Positions 30,996 to 39,231 of a DNA stretch of 45,369 bases are shown here, piece after piece (position 1 is the first letter of the stretch; every line of letters begins with the position of its first letter). A program made the translations under genes and the position numbers. Source of the DNA: a virus. Below the pieces are notes generated by a model, which had not been told where the DNA came from, made no database searches, and worked only from the letters and a program-made list of their open reading frames with translations. Location of the stretch: IMG/VR virus record IMGVR_UViG_3300033512_000238, positions 1 to 45,369 of that record; one strand, given 5' to 3'.

Positions 30996-33520
30996 TGGGA
31001 CCACTAAAAGTAAGCACGACAAAAACGGTACTCGTCGGGCCTTTTGTATCGGACACGGACGGGAAAACACCGGAAACAAGTCTGACAATAAACACGGCGG
31101 ACGTTTTGCTCTCAAAGAACGGGGCGGGATTAGCCGCGAAGAACTCGACGACCGCGACAACTCACTCCGGAAACGGCTTTTATCTCGTTAGTCTTAACAC
31201 TGTAGACACAGGGACGCACGGGCGTTTGGTCTTATCGGTGAAGGTAGCGGGGGCGCTTTCCGTTTGGCATGAGTTCGACGTAATTCCCGCGACTATTTAC
31301 GACGTTCTCGTCGACGGGATAGAAACGGCCGGAAAGGGTATACCGTGCGACGTCCGGGCGATTAACGGAACACGGTCTGACAACGGGACCGCGGTTCTTT
31401 CTGTTAAGCAAATTGCGGCAGTCGGGGACAGCACAACCCGCGGCTTAATTGTCGGCGGCGTTGCCATTGCGGCGAACAACTCGACAACACCGGCGGTCGC
31501 AATTACCGGAAGCGGAAGCGGAACAGAACCGACAGTTTCGATAGCAAGCTCGAGCGAATCGGCGGCGCTCAAATTGTCGTCAATAGGAACCGGGAGCCCG
31601 CTCGAAATAATCGCGGAAGGTCAAGGGGTCGCGGCGGTCGAGGTATTCGGCGGACCGGCGGCCGCGGCTATTTACGCGAAGGGAGGAAACTCGACAGCAA
31701 GCGCGAACGGAGGGGCGGGTCTATCTCTCAAGGGCGGAACAGGTAGCACCACGACAGGACGACGCGGGGGCGATGGTTTATTCGCCGAAGGGTCGAGCGA
31801 AAACGGCGGGGACGGTATTCGCGCGAGAAGCGAATCGGGCCCGGGCGTCGGGGTAAAAATTATAGGAGACGACGGCGTCGGGCTCGACATTGACGGCGCG
31901 ACAGACGGCGTGAAAGTTCACGGCGGAGATAATGGCGCGACAATTGTCGGTGACGATTACGGGCTCACAATTGAGGGAACTGTCGGGAAAGGCGTCCGCG
32001 TAAAAGCGCCGAACACCGCGGGCGGAGCTGTCGGGATCGAGGTTATCTCGGGCGGGATTGGTATCGACGTTATGGCGGACGGATTGACAGGGGCGGCGGT
32101 ATCTCTCCGCGGGTCTCAGTCGGGCCCGGCTCTCGACATTTCAACATACAAAGAAACCGAAACGGCGGTCAATGTTTACAGCGACACCGGAACGGCGATA
32201 AAGGTCGAAACAAATCATTCAACAATAGCGGGCCCCGGAGATATTCACGCCGTCGAGATTTTAGCCCCGGAGCATGGCGGGGTATTGGTAAAAAGCGACG
32301 CGGAAGCATTGACGCTCGAGTCATTAAGAAACGCGGCCGCGTTCTTTTTGAGCAATGGCGACAGCGCTCTAATTCTCGAAAATACGGCGCCGTCGATAGC
32401 CGCGGCGGTAAAAATTATGGGGCGGAGTGGCGTCTCAATCGAGGGAACACAACACGGAAACCACGCGAATTTTGCGGGGGCTTACGGCGTCGATATTTTA
32501 GGGGGGGTGAAAGTTTACGGGGGAACGTCCCTTGTAGGGGCTCCCGGAGACGCGGGTCTCGAAATCCAAAAAGGAGCCGGGGCCGCTTGGGACTTTACAG
32601 CCGACAGTATTTCACCGATTCTCTCGGCGCTAAACGGGAAACTCCCGGCGGGCCTTATAGCTTCACAATCGGACGTTCAAAGTATCATAAATAATACGAC
32701 GTTCGTCTCGACTATTCCCGAAACGGCGGTAAAACCCGAGACAGGTTCTACGGGGTACAAAATCCGGGCGCTCGTGTATGACACGGCCGGAAACATGGAG
32801 GCAACGGACAACGGGGTATCCCTCCGCTTAACGTCGATGACAAACGCGAGCCTCAACGGGCGGCTATTCAATGACGCCGCGCTATCAATCCCGGCGGACG
32901 CGAGCGGGACCTATACGGGATTCGCTCAAATGACGGAGGTATCGGGGGAGACGGGCGTTTTTGAAATTTGGTACAAGTCGAGCGCGACGGATTTCGACGG
33001 GCCCGTTTTGGCCGATTTCAAATACAGAGAGAACGGCGTCGACATTCTACACAACAGAATGACGACAGTTGCCTCCTCAGTTCCCGGGGAGTCGGTTCTC
33101 TCGAATAGTGCGGCAAATAAAGAAATTATAGCCGCGGCGGTCCGGAGCTATATCCCGACAGCAACCATCGCGGCCGGGTCGATAGAACACTCGATCAAAG
33201 CCGCAATAGAGGAGGTAGGGCTCGACGTCGACGCGACTCTCGCGAAGGTAAACGAGGTAGACGGGGACCTCTCTCTCGTCGCGATTGAGGTCGCGAAGAT
33301 TGTTGGGAAACTCCCGGCGGGCGGGGCTCTCATTTCGGGGCTATCAATGGCAACGGCAACCGCGGAAGGGACAACGCTCGAGGAAAGCGTCGACCTCGTT
33401 CGGGCGGCTCTCCGGGGAAAAATGACTCTCGACGGGAACACCCTAACTTTCTACAAAAAAGACGGGGCGACCCCTCTTTTCCGGGTAATTGTAACAACGA
33501 CGGACCGGACGCCAATTTAA
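30995..33520 (+). CDS. large tail fibre / receptor-binding protein (841 aa)
   Basis: TAATG overlap with the upstream ORF. Long Gly/Ala/Thr/Ser-rich repetitive middle (beta-helix-like). Lies in the fibre module. Confidence 0.65.
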   Translation: MGPLKVSTTKTVLVGPFVSDTDGKTPETSLTINTADVLLSKNGAGLAAKNSTTATTHSGNGFYLVSLNTVDTGTHGRLVLSVKVAGALSVWHEFDVIPATIYDVLVDGIETAGKGIPCDVRAINGTRSDNGTAVLSVKQIAAVGDSTTRGLIVGGVAIAANNSTTPAVAITGSGSGTEPTVSIASSSESAALKLSSIGTGSPLEIIAEGQGVAAVEVFGGPAAAAIYAKGGNSTASANGGAGLSLKGGTGSTTTGRRGGDGLFAEGSSENGGDGIRARSESGPGVGVKIIGDDGVGLDIDGATDGVKVHGGDNGATIVGDDYGLTIEGTVGKGVRVKAPNTAGGAVGIEVISGGIGIDVMADGLTGAAVSLRGSQSGPALDISTYKETETAVNVYSDTGTAIKVETNHSTIAGPGDIHAVEILAPEHGGVLVKSDAEALTLESLRNAAAFFLSNGDSALILENTAPSIAAAVKIMGRSGVSIEGTQHGNHANFAGAYGVDILGGVKVYGGTSLVGAPGDAGLEIQKGAGAAWDFTADSISPILSALNGKLPAGLIASQSDVQSIINNTTFVSTIPETAVKPETGSTGYKIRALVYDTAGNMEATDNGVSLRLTSMTNASLNGRLFNDAALSIPADASGTYTGFAQMTEVSGETGVFEIWYKSSATDFDGPVLADFKYRENGVDILHNRMTTVASSVPGESVLSNSAANKEIIAAAVRSYIPTATIAAGSIEHSIKAAIEEVGLDVDATLAKVNEVDGDLSLVAIEVAKIVGKLPAGGALISGLSMATATAEGTTLEESVDLVRAALRGKMTLDGNTLTFYKKDGATPLFRVIVTTTDRTPI

Positions 33521-33529
33521 GGGGAAACA

Positions 33530-33706
33530 ATGAGAGAAAAATTTATTCTCGACGTTTCGGAAATAGGGGGAGGGGCTCCGGCCTCGACCCTTTCGGCGGC
33601 GTCGCTTGGATATTTCAGAACAGAGGACGAGAACGACCCCGCCGCGGCGGCCGTCGACCTCTTACTCGAGCAATTCAAAAGGCCGATACGAGACGGGGGA
33701 GCGTAG
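33530..33706 (+). CDS. 58-aa ORF, probable N-terminal piece of the following DUF2612-like gene (ends at an in-frame TAG)
   Basis: Not in the ORF track (<60 aa). AAGGGG RBS before ATG 33530. Ends with TAG 33704-33706, which is in the same frame as ATG 33710. LLLEQFKRP resembles the N-terminal DUF2612 motif. Confidence 0.4.
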   Translation: MREKFILDVSEIGGGAPASTLSAASLGYFRTEDENDPAAAAVDLLLEQFKRPIRDGGA

Positions 33707-33709
33707 AGC

Positions 33710-34228
33710 ATGGCGGACATACTAAAGAAAAAAATAGAGGCCGTAGGGTCGCTCCTCAAAGATTCGGCCGACGCGGTCGGGTCTATTCGTTACCTTTGGA
33801 ATATCGACACCTCGTCCGGGGGAGCTATCGACGACGTAGGGGCACACGTCGGGGAGCCCCGGAAAGGTCGAACGGACGAACCATACCGGGCGGCGATAAA
33901 ATCCCGAATACGGATAAACGCGGCAAACGGGCAACCGGACGCCGTTATCGAGGCGGCGGAATTGTCAACAAATGGCGGGGCTATTGAGTACCGGGAGGGC
34001 TATCCGGCAACGATTGAACTATACGCCGACGCGGCTATTTTATCCCGGGAGGTATTCCGGCAAACGGTCCCGTATAAAGCGGCGGGCGTCGAACTCGTTA
34101 TGATTGAGGCGGGGGGATTTAACTATTTTACGTTCGAAAAAGAAAACGGGATAGGGCGCGACGGTTTAGGATTCGCGGAGGGCGCGGACGTCGGCGGGTA
34201 TTTTTCCGAAATTTACACGAAAGGCTAG
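33710..34228 (+). CDS. DUF2612-like baseplate/fibre-associated protein
   Basis: YLWNIDTSSGGAIDDVGAHVGEPRKGRTDEPYRAAIKSRI recalls the DUF2612 pattern (dtA.G.qLD.iG..vG..R). Confidence 0.5.
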   Translation: MADILKKKIEAVGSLLKDSADAVGSIRYLWNIDTSSGGAIDDVGAHVGEPRKGRTDEPYRAAIKSRIRINAANGQPDAVIEAAELSTNGGAIEYREGYPATIELYADAAILSREVFRQTVPYKAAGVELVMIEAGGFNYFTFEKENGIGRDGLGFAEGADVGGYFSEIYTKG

Positions 34229-34231
34229 AAA

Positions 34232-35101
34232 ATGGCAGTCACAAAACCGGTAAGCGTCCCTAGTTGGGCGATACAAGACAAAACGGACCCGGTAAGCGGA
34301 GAGAACAACGTCGACACCCCGACAGCGGAGCAGGTAAACTTTGGGTATTCGAGCCCGAAACAATATCCCTCCCGCCAAATGTGGAATTGGCTCGGGAGAG
34401 TCGTCTCTAATTGGTTCGCGTGGTTAGATCAACAGGAAACAACGCACACCGTGGAAATTGCGGCGCTCGATTCGGAACTCGCGGCAACGACCGCAAAAGC
34501 GGAGCAAGCGGCGGCGAAAGCGGAGACAAACCGGCTAAAGAACGTAGAGCAGGACGCGGAGCTCGAGACGATAGACGGACGAGTCTCAGCGGTCGAGGCG
34601 TTCGTCGGGACCCCGGTCGCGACGATTGTCCCTTATTACGGGAACTCGACAACGCTCGCGGCGGCGTCCGATTCTTGGTTGATTTGTGACGGTTCTGTTT
34701 TTGATTCGGTGAAATATCCGGCGCTTTTAGTTCACTTTTCAGCGGCGGGGAAAGCGGACCCGACAAAACTCCCGAAGATGGCAGGACTCGTCCCGATTGG
34801 GGTCGGGGGCTATACTGACGCGAGCGGGTCCTATAATTACGCGCTTAACGAGGCCCCGGTCGGGATTACAAAGTCAATCTTAGACGTTGAAAATCTCCCG
34901 GAGCACGTACACGGAACATACGACGTGAATCTCAATCAAACAGTAAGATCAGACACGGGAGGAACTCAAAGCCCCGTGCAGAATTTAGTAAACGACAACG
35001 TCACAGAAGGGGTAAAAGTACCGGCGGGGAAAACACTCGGGACACCTCACGAAAACCGGCAACCGTCGATAGCTCTCAATTACATAATCAAAGCGAAATA
35101 A
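34232..35101 (+). CDS. tail fibre protein with C-terminal phage tail-collar domain
   Basis: SWLICDGSVFDSVKYPALLVHF ... LPKMAGLVPIG ... ENLPEHVH ... ENRQPSIALNYIIK is the tail-collar signature. The middle is a coiled coil. Confidence 0.75.
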   Translation: MAVTKPVSVPSWAIQDKTDPVSGENNVDTPTAEQVNFGYSSPKQYPSRQMWNWLGRVVSNWFAWLDQQETTHTVEIAALDSELAATTAKAEQAAAKAETNRLKNVEQDAELETIDGRVSAVEAFVGTPVATIVPYYGNSTTLAAASDSWLICDGSVFDSVKYPALLVHFSAAGKADPTKLPKMAGLVPIGVGGYTDASGSYNYALNEAPVGITKSILDVENLPEHVHGTYDVNLNQTVRSDTGGTQSPVQNLVNDNVTEGVKVPAGKTLGTPHENRQPSIALNYIIKAK

Positions 35102-35110
35102 GGGGGCAAA

Positions 35111-35941
35111 ATGGCGGCGGAATTTATGAGCGCGGAGTATATCGGGACGGCTATCGCCGGGGCCGTTTATATCATATACAACGAGGTTTACAGCAAACGA
35201 CGGACAAAGAAAACGAACGCGGAACAGTCGGAAAGCCTCCGCGTCGAGGTCCGGGCACTAAAGGAAAACCTCGACAGTGAACGGAAACGACACGCGCGGG
35301 AACTCGAGACGCTCCTCGAGTCGATGAGACACAAAAACGACCTTGTTTTGATGCAAAAAGAGCTATACGAGGAGGAGAGAAAAGTCTCCGCGGAAGAGTC
35401 AACAAACGAGATGCGGGCGGCGGTTCGCGGAGCGTTTCGCGTTTTGCGGTCCGACATTATGGCACGATTTACGGACGATCTTTCGCGGAGTCTCAAGTCG
35501 TGGAAATGCGAGGCCGGGGTCGAACATTGTCCGGCACTCCCGAAACTACACGACGCGAACCTCCTCGCGTACAAAGGGGCACTCGAGCGGGCCGGAGACA
35601 AAGCGGAAAGCATGGCGGAGGCTTTTATTTTATTGAACGGATATTTTGGTCTCGGGGTCTCGGACCTCGAGTCGTATCTCGTCAATAAAAATAGAGAGAT
35701 TCACCGCGTATGGTGGGACGGAATGAGAGAGGAGGCCCGGACGTTGACTCTTATCGAGGGAATACGGCCGGAGAGGGTCCCGGAGGACTACACGCTCTCG
35801 CATTGGCGGAACCTTGTATCGACTTGTATTCGTATCAAATCACAGGAAAAAGGGCGCGTAGCGGACGCGAAGCGGAGATTCGAGTCGGCCGTCGCGAGAA
35901 TATACGGAGACCGAAGAGAAAACGAACGCGAGGAGGCCTAA
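35111..35941 (+). CDS. N-terminally membrane-anchored coiled-coil protein (276 aa), lysis-module candidate
   Basis: A single hydrophobic helix (IGTAIAGAVYIIY) is followed by a long charged helical region. Lies immediately upstream of the endolysin. Confidence 0.4.
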   Translation: MAAEFMSAEYIGTAIAGAVYIIYNEVYSKRRTKKTNAEQSESLRVEVRALKENLDSERKRHARELETLLESMRHKNDLVLMQKELYEEERKVSAEESTNEMRAAVRGAFRVLRSDIMARFTDDLSRSLKSWKCEAGVEHCPALPKLHDANLLAYKGALERAGDKAESMAEAFILLNGYFGLGVSDLESYLVNKNREIHRVWWDGMREEARTLTLIEGIRPERVPEDYTLSHWRNLVSTCIRIKSQEKGRVADAKRRFESAVARIYGDRRENEREEA

Positions 35942-35943
35942 AA

Positions 35944-36534
35944 ATGGCAAGTTTTAGCAAGGCGGAAGAGTTCACAAAAGGCGTGGAGGGCGGGTACATA
36001 AACGACCCGCGCGACCGCGGCGGGGAAACAATTTTCGGGGTAGCTCGAAAGGCGAACCCGGAGTGGCCCGGGTGGCAAATGCTCGACGAGTTCAAAAAGG
36101 CGCCGAAAGCATTCCCCGGAAACGCGGAGAAAAGCGCGGAGCTATACGAAAAAGCCCGGGAGCTATATCGGGCGAAGTATTGGAACCCTCTCGGGCTCCA
36201 CGCCGTAAACGGGGACCGTATAGCGGGGGCCGTTTACGATTTCGCCGTCAATGCAGGAACGCGGCGGGCGGCGGAGATTTTACAACGGGCGCTTAACTTT
36301 TTGAACCGCTCGGGGAAAACATTCCCGGAGCTCCTCGTCGACGGGAACGTCGGGGCGAAAACTATCGACGCCGTAAACAAGCTCCACAGCGTCGGGGAGG
36401 AGGAACTCGTTTTCCTCGTTTTCTCGTCTCTCCGGGTCTCGTTCTATGTTCAAATAGCGGAGGGAGGCGGGCAGGACATTTTCGCGAGATCATGGCTTGG
36501 CCGTTGTGGATTTACTACAAAGGGGAAAAAGTGA
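35944..36534 (+). CDS. endolysin, GH108-type N-acetylmuramidase with PG_binding_3-like C-terminus
   Basis: EGGYINDPRDRGGETIFGVA is the GH108 catalytic signature. The C-terminal LVDGNVGAKTIDAVN is peptidoglycan-binding-like. Confidence 0.8.
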   Translation: MASFSKAEEFTKGVEGGYINDPRDRGGETIFGVARKANPEWPGWQMLDEFKKAPKAFPGNAEKSAELYEKARELYRAKYWNPLGLHAVNGDRIAGAVYDFAVNAGTRRAAEILQRALNFLNRSGKTFPELLVDGNVGAKTIDAVNKLHSVGEEELVFLVFSSLRVSFYVQIAEGGGQDIFARSWLGRCGFTTKGKK

Positions 36535-37082
36535 AAAAATATGAAGCGCCGGAAATTGGATACGAAAAGCTCAAAGCCGGGGACGTTGTGTTTACCGGGG
36601 GCCGCGGCCTTTTCTCTCGAGTCATTCGACGTATCACGGGGAAAGGTAAAAAAGCCGAAGAGACAGCAACACACGTCGGGATAATTGTCGATTTTAACGG
36701 GCAAAAGCTCGTCGCGGAAATGCTCGGCGGAGGGCTCACTATTTCGAGCCTCGAGGAGTACCGGAAAAGCCCGCGGCGGTTTATAATAGGGGTCGGGACT
36801 CTCCCGGGAATGACAGATGAGAGCCGGAAAAAACTCGGGGAGCTCGTCGCGATACATCGGCGGAAGACTATCGAGTACGATTGGCCCGGAATTTTCACCT
36901 ATATTGGGATAGGGAGACACGACCCGGACCGCTTTTATTGTTCGGAATACGTCGCGAAGCTCCTCGCAGATTTCGGAATAGTGAAGGTTCAACCGGGGCC
37001 GTTCGGCGGAGTCTCTCCGGAGGACCTCCTCGCGTTTTTCAAGATGAACCACAGGGCGAGAATGATCGAATACACCGCATAA
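36531..37082 (+). CDS. permuted papain-fold peptidase (YiiX/C92-like), second lysis enzyme candidate
   Basis: GTGA overlap with the upstream ORF. LKAGDVVFT ... ATHVGIIV ... RFYCSEYV gives His and Cys in the permuted NlpC/P60-like order. Confidence 0.6.
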   Translation: MKKYEAPEIGYEKLKAGDVVFTGGRGLFSRVIRRITGKGKKAEETATHVGIIVDFNGQKLVAEMLGGGLTISSLEEYRKSPRRFIIGVGTLPGMTDESRKKLGELVAIHRRKTIEYDWPGIFTYIGIGRHDPDRFYCSEYVAKLLADFGIVKVQPGPFGGVSPEDLLAFFKMNHRARMIEYTA

Positions 37083-37111
37083 AAAGCGGCCGCACATGGA
37101 TTTAGGGGGAA

Positions 37112-37142
37112 AGCCTCCGGGGGAAACTCCGGGGGCTTTTTT
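37112..37142 (+). terminator. intrinsic terminator ending the late operon
   Basis: GCCTCCGGGG 37113-37122 pairs with CTCCGGGGGC 37127-37136 (two G-U pairs), then TTTTTT. Confidence 0.75.
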
Positions 37143-37152
37143 GTTCAAAATG

Positions 37153-37210
37153 AAAGCAAAATAAAAGCAAAAGAAAGCAAATGCAAAGCAAAAAACGACG
37201 ATTGCAAAAC
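37153..37210 (+). repeat. direct array of six GCAAA pentamers
   Basis: GCAAA at 37156, 37167, 37177, 37183, 37188 and 37204. The first three are about 10-11 nt apart. AT-rich context between the terminator and promoter P3. Confidence 0.6.
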
Positions 37211-37245
37211 AGCGCGTGTAACTGTAATGCTATGTTCTTTTTATT

Positions 37246-37266
37246 GTGTTATACTTTGAAATATAA
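37246..37266 (+). promoter_or_regulatory. degenerate extra copy of the promoter box (TATACT -10)
   Basis: gtgttatactttgaaatataa is related to the 24-nt box. Preceded by further TGTAAC/TGTAAT half-sites at 37217-37229. Confidence 0.4.
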
Positions 37267-37273
37267 AAAAAGA

Positions 37274-37317
37274 TTGATAACTCCGCGCGGTTGTGTTATA
37301 TTTGCAAATGTAACAAC
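37274..37317 (+). promoter_or_regulatory. promoter P3 (TTGATA-17-TATATT) with near-palindromic box
   Basis: TTGATA 37274-37279 and TATATT 37297-37302. Box TGTTATATTT-GC-AAATGTAACA at 37294-37315. The leader hairpin CCCGG-CGAA-CCGGG at 37324-37337 is identical to the P5 leader. Confidence 0.7.
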
Positions 37318-37359
37318 AAACGACCCGGCGAACCGGGGACCAAACGCGGAGGCGGAAAC

Positions 37360-38196
37360 ATGGAACAAAACGACAACGGTCTCGAGATTATGACGACGGG
37401 AGTATCGACGATGCTATCGCCGGAGGTTATTCTCGAGCAAAAGAAAAAAATCACCGCGCTTATGGCGAAAAACTTCGTGCCGGGCGTCCATTTCGGGACC
37501 ATTCCCGGAGCCGGTAAAAAACCGGTTCTATTCAAAGCCGGGGCGGAGTACCTCGCGTTTGCTTTTAACCTCAGACCACATACCGAAATGACTCCCGTAT
37601 ACACGCCGGACGGTCACCTCACTTGTTCTGTTCGCGTTATGGTTCACGCCTCGGACGGGACCTATCTCGGGGACGGTTACGGAGTATGCTCGACCCGTGA
37701 AACAAAATACGCGCTAAAGCGGGCGGACCTCGTTTGTCCGGATTGCGGGAAAGCCGCGCTCCGGAGATCAAAACCGGAGTACGGCGGCGGGTGGTATTGC
37801 GCGACGAACTCCGGGGGATGCAACGCGAAGTTCAAAAAGGACGACGCGCGAATGACTCAACAGGACGCGACAACGGCAACAAACCCCGCCGATTTTTACA
37901 ACACAGTAACAAAGATGGGGCACAAGCGGGCACTCGTCGCGGCAATGCTCGTAACGACCGCGGCGTCGGCTTTCTTTACGCAGGATTTAGAGGACGGCGC
38001 GTACTCCGGGCCGGATTTCCTCGAGGCGGAACAATGCGAAGCGATAGCCCGGGAGCTCGAGACGGTCGGCGGCGATATCGGGAAAATGCTCGCGGCTCTC
38101 GCGGTCTCTAATATTTACGAGCTCCGGGAGGTACACCTCCCGACAATTACGCAAGTTATCGACGGGCACAAACGAAGAAAAGGGATGGGGCGATAA
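37360..38196 (+). CDS. putative single-strand annealing protein with inserted Cys4 zinc ribbon
   Basis: First gene after P3. CPDCGKAALRR ... WYCATNSGGCNAKF is the ribbon. TKMGHKRALVAAMLVTTAASAFFTQDLED resembles the conserved C-terminal helix of ERF/Rad52-like annealases (from memory). A YqaJ-like exonuclease is encoded nearby. Confidence 0.35.
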   Translation: MEQNDNGLEIMTTGVSTMLSPEVILEQKKKITALMAKNFVPGVHFGTIPGAGKKPVLFKAGAEYLAFAFNLRPHTEMTPVYTPDGHLTCSVRVMVHASDGTYLGDGYGVCSTRETKYALKRADLVCPDCGKAALRRSKPEYGGGWYCATNSGGCNAKFKKDDARMTQQDATTATNPADFYNTVTKMGHKRALVAAMLVTTAASAFFTQDLEDGAYSGPDFLEAEQCEAIARELETVGGDIGKMLAALAVSNIYELREVHLPTITQVIDGHKRRKGMGR

Positions 38197-38197
38197 T

Positions 38198-38422
38198 ATG
38201 GGAGACTTGAAACACCCCGACGAGGCGGCGGACCTCGTCGAACGCGAAGCGCTCAAAAAGGCGATAGACAAACACGGCCGCCGGGAGTTTTGCCAAACGC
38301 TAAAACTAAACTATATGCAGGTATCTAACCAACTCAACGGCGCGACGACCCTCCGCCGTTGTGTCGCGGAATACTATCGCGACGCGCTCGCAACATTGCA
38401 AAGCGGACGGCGGAAAAAATGA
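38198..38422 (+). CDS. small HTH DNA-binding protein (Cro/YdaS-like), 74 aa
   Basis: ALKKAIDKHGRREFCQTLKLNYMQVSNQLNG has an HTH-like spacing. Basic C-terminus. Confidence 0.45.
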   Translation: MGDLKHPDEAADLVEREALKKAIDKHGRREFCQTLKLNYMQVSNQLNGATTLRRCVAEYYRDALATLQSGRRKK

Positions 38423-39231
38423 AAGAAACGCACTACTATTTTCCGCATGATATACGGGCCCGATCGGACCTTAAAATCCGGGCGGTCGTCTCAGAGTTCG
38501 GCCTCGCGGGGTACGGCGCGTGGTGGGTCGTTGTGGAGCTCCTCCGGGAAAGTGAAGGTTACCAACTCCCGGACGCGGCATGGTCCCGGAAAGCTCTCGC
38601 GGCGGAACTCCCGGGGATTGACGTCGAGGCGTTTCTCTCGCTTTTGATTGAAAGCGGGCTCCTCGTCTCGGAGGACGGGGCGCTCTCGTCACCGTCGCTT
38701 TTGCGGAGAATGGAAAAACTCGACGGAATACGGGAGAAAAGAGCGGCGGCGGGAGCTCAAGGCGGGAGACGCAAAAAAGCGGAGCCGGTCCCGGAATCGG
38801 TCCCGGAGACAACCCCGGAACCGGAGGAGAAAACGGCACCGGGAGTTATGGGACAAATGAGCCCGAACGCGAATGAGGACGAGCGGCTCCGGCAACTCGT
38901 CGAGCATATCGCGGAGGACATGGGAACGCGCTATCCGAAACCGTCGAACCGGTACGCGATAGAACAAGCGGCGGCGAAAGCTATCCGTTTTCAAAAATTG
39001 ACTCTCGAAACCTATCGGGCGGGAATGGAATCATTTTTGAGGGAGTACGCGCCGTTTTGTTCGGTCGAGTATCTCCCGGCCCCGGAGAAATGGCTCGAGA
39101 AAAGTCGGTGGCTCGACAATTGGAAAGATTTAGGATTCACAAAGAGAACGCAATCGAAAGGGGCTCAAAATGGAGCAAGTAACGCGGGAGGAGTTTCGAC
39201 TCTCATTAACCAACTTAACGGCGGCCGATAG
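38419..39231 (+). CDS. replication initiator / replisome organiser (DUF4373, Lin1244-like N-terminus)
   Basis: ATGA overlap with the upstream ORF. YYFPHDIRARSDLKIRAVVSEFGLAGYGAWWVVVELL is the DUF4373 signature. Followed by the helicase-loader gene. Confidence 0.65.
   Translation: MKETHYYFPHDIRARSDLKIRAVVSEFGLAGYGAWWVVVELLRESEGYQLPDAAWSRKALAAELPGIDVEAFLSLLIESGLLVSEDGALSSPSLLRRMEKLDGIREKRAAAGAQGGRRKKAEPVPESVPETTPEPEEKTAPGVMGQMSPNANEDERLRQLVEHIAEDMGTRYPKPSNRYAIEQAAAKAIRFQKLTLETYRAGMESFLREYAPFCSVEYLPAPEKWLEKSRWLDNWKDLGFTKRTQSKGAQNGASNAGGVSTLINQLNGGR

Noticed and set aside
30995-33520. The repetitive large fibre gene as a diversity-generating retroelement target.
   Set aside because: There is no reverse transcriptase gene, and I found no template/variable repeat pair elsewhere in the genome. 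The repetitiveness is at the level of Gly-rich protein motifs.
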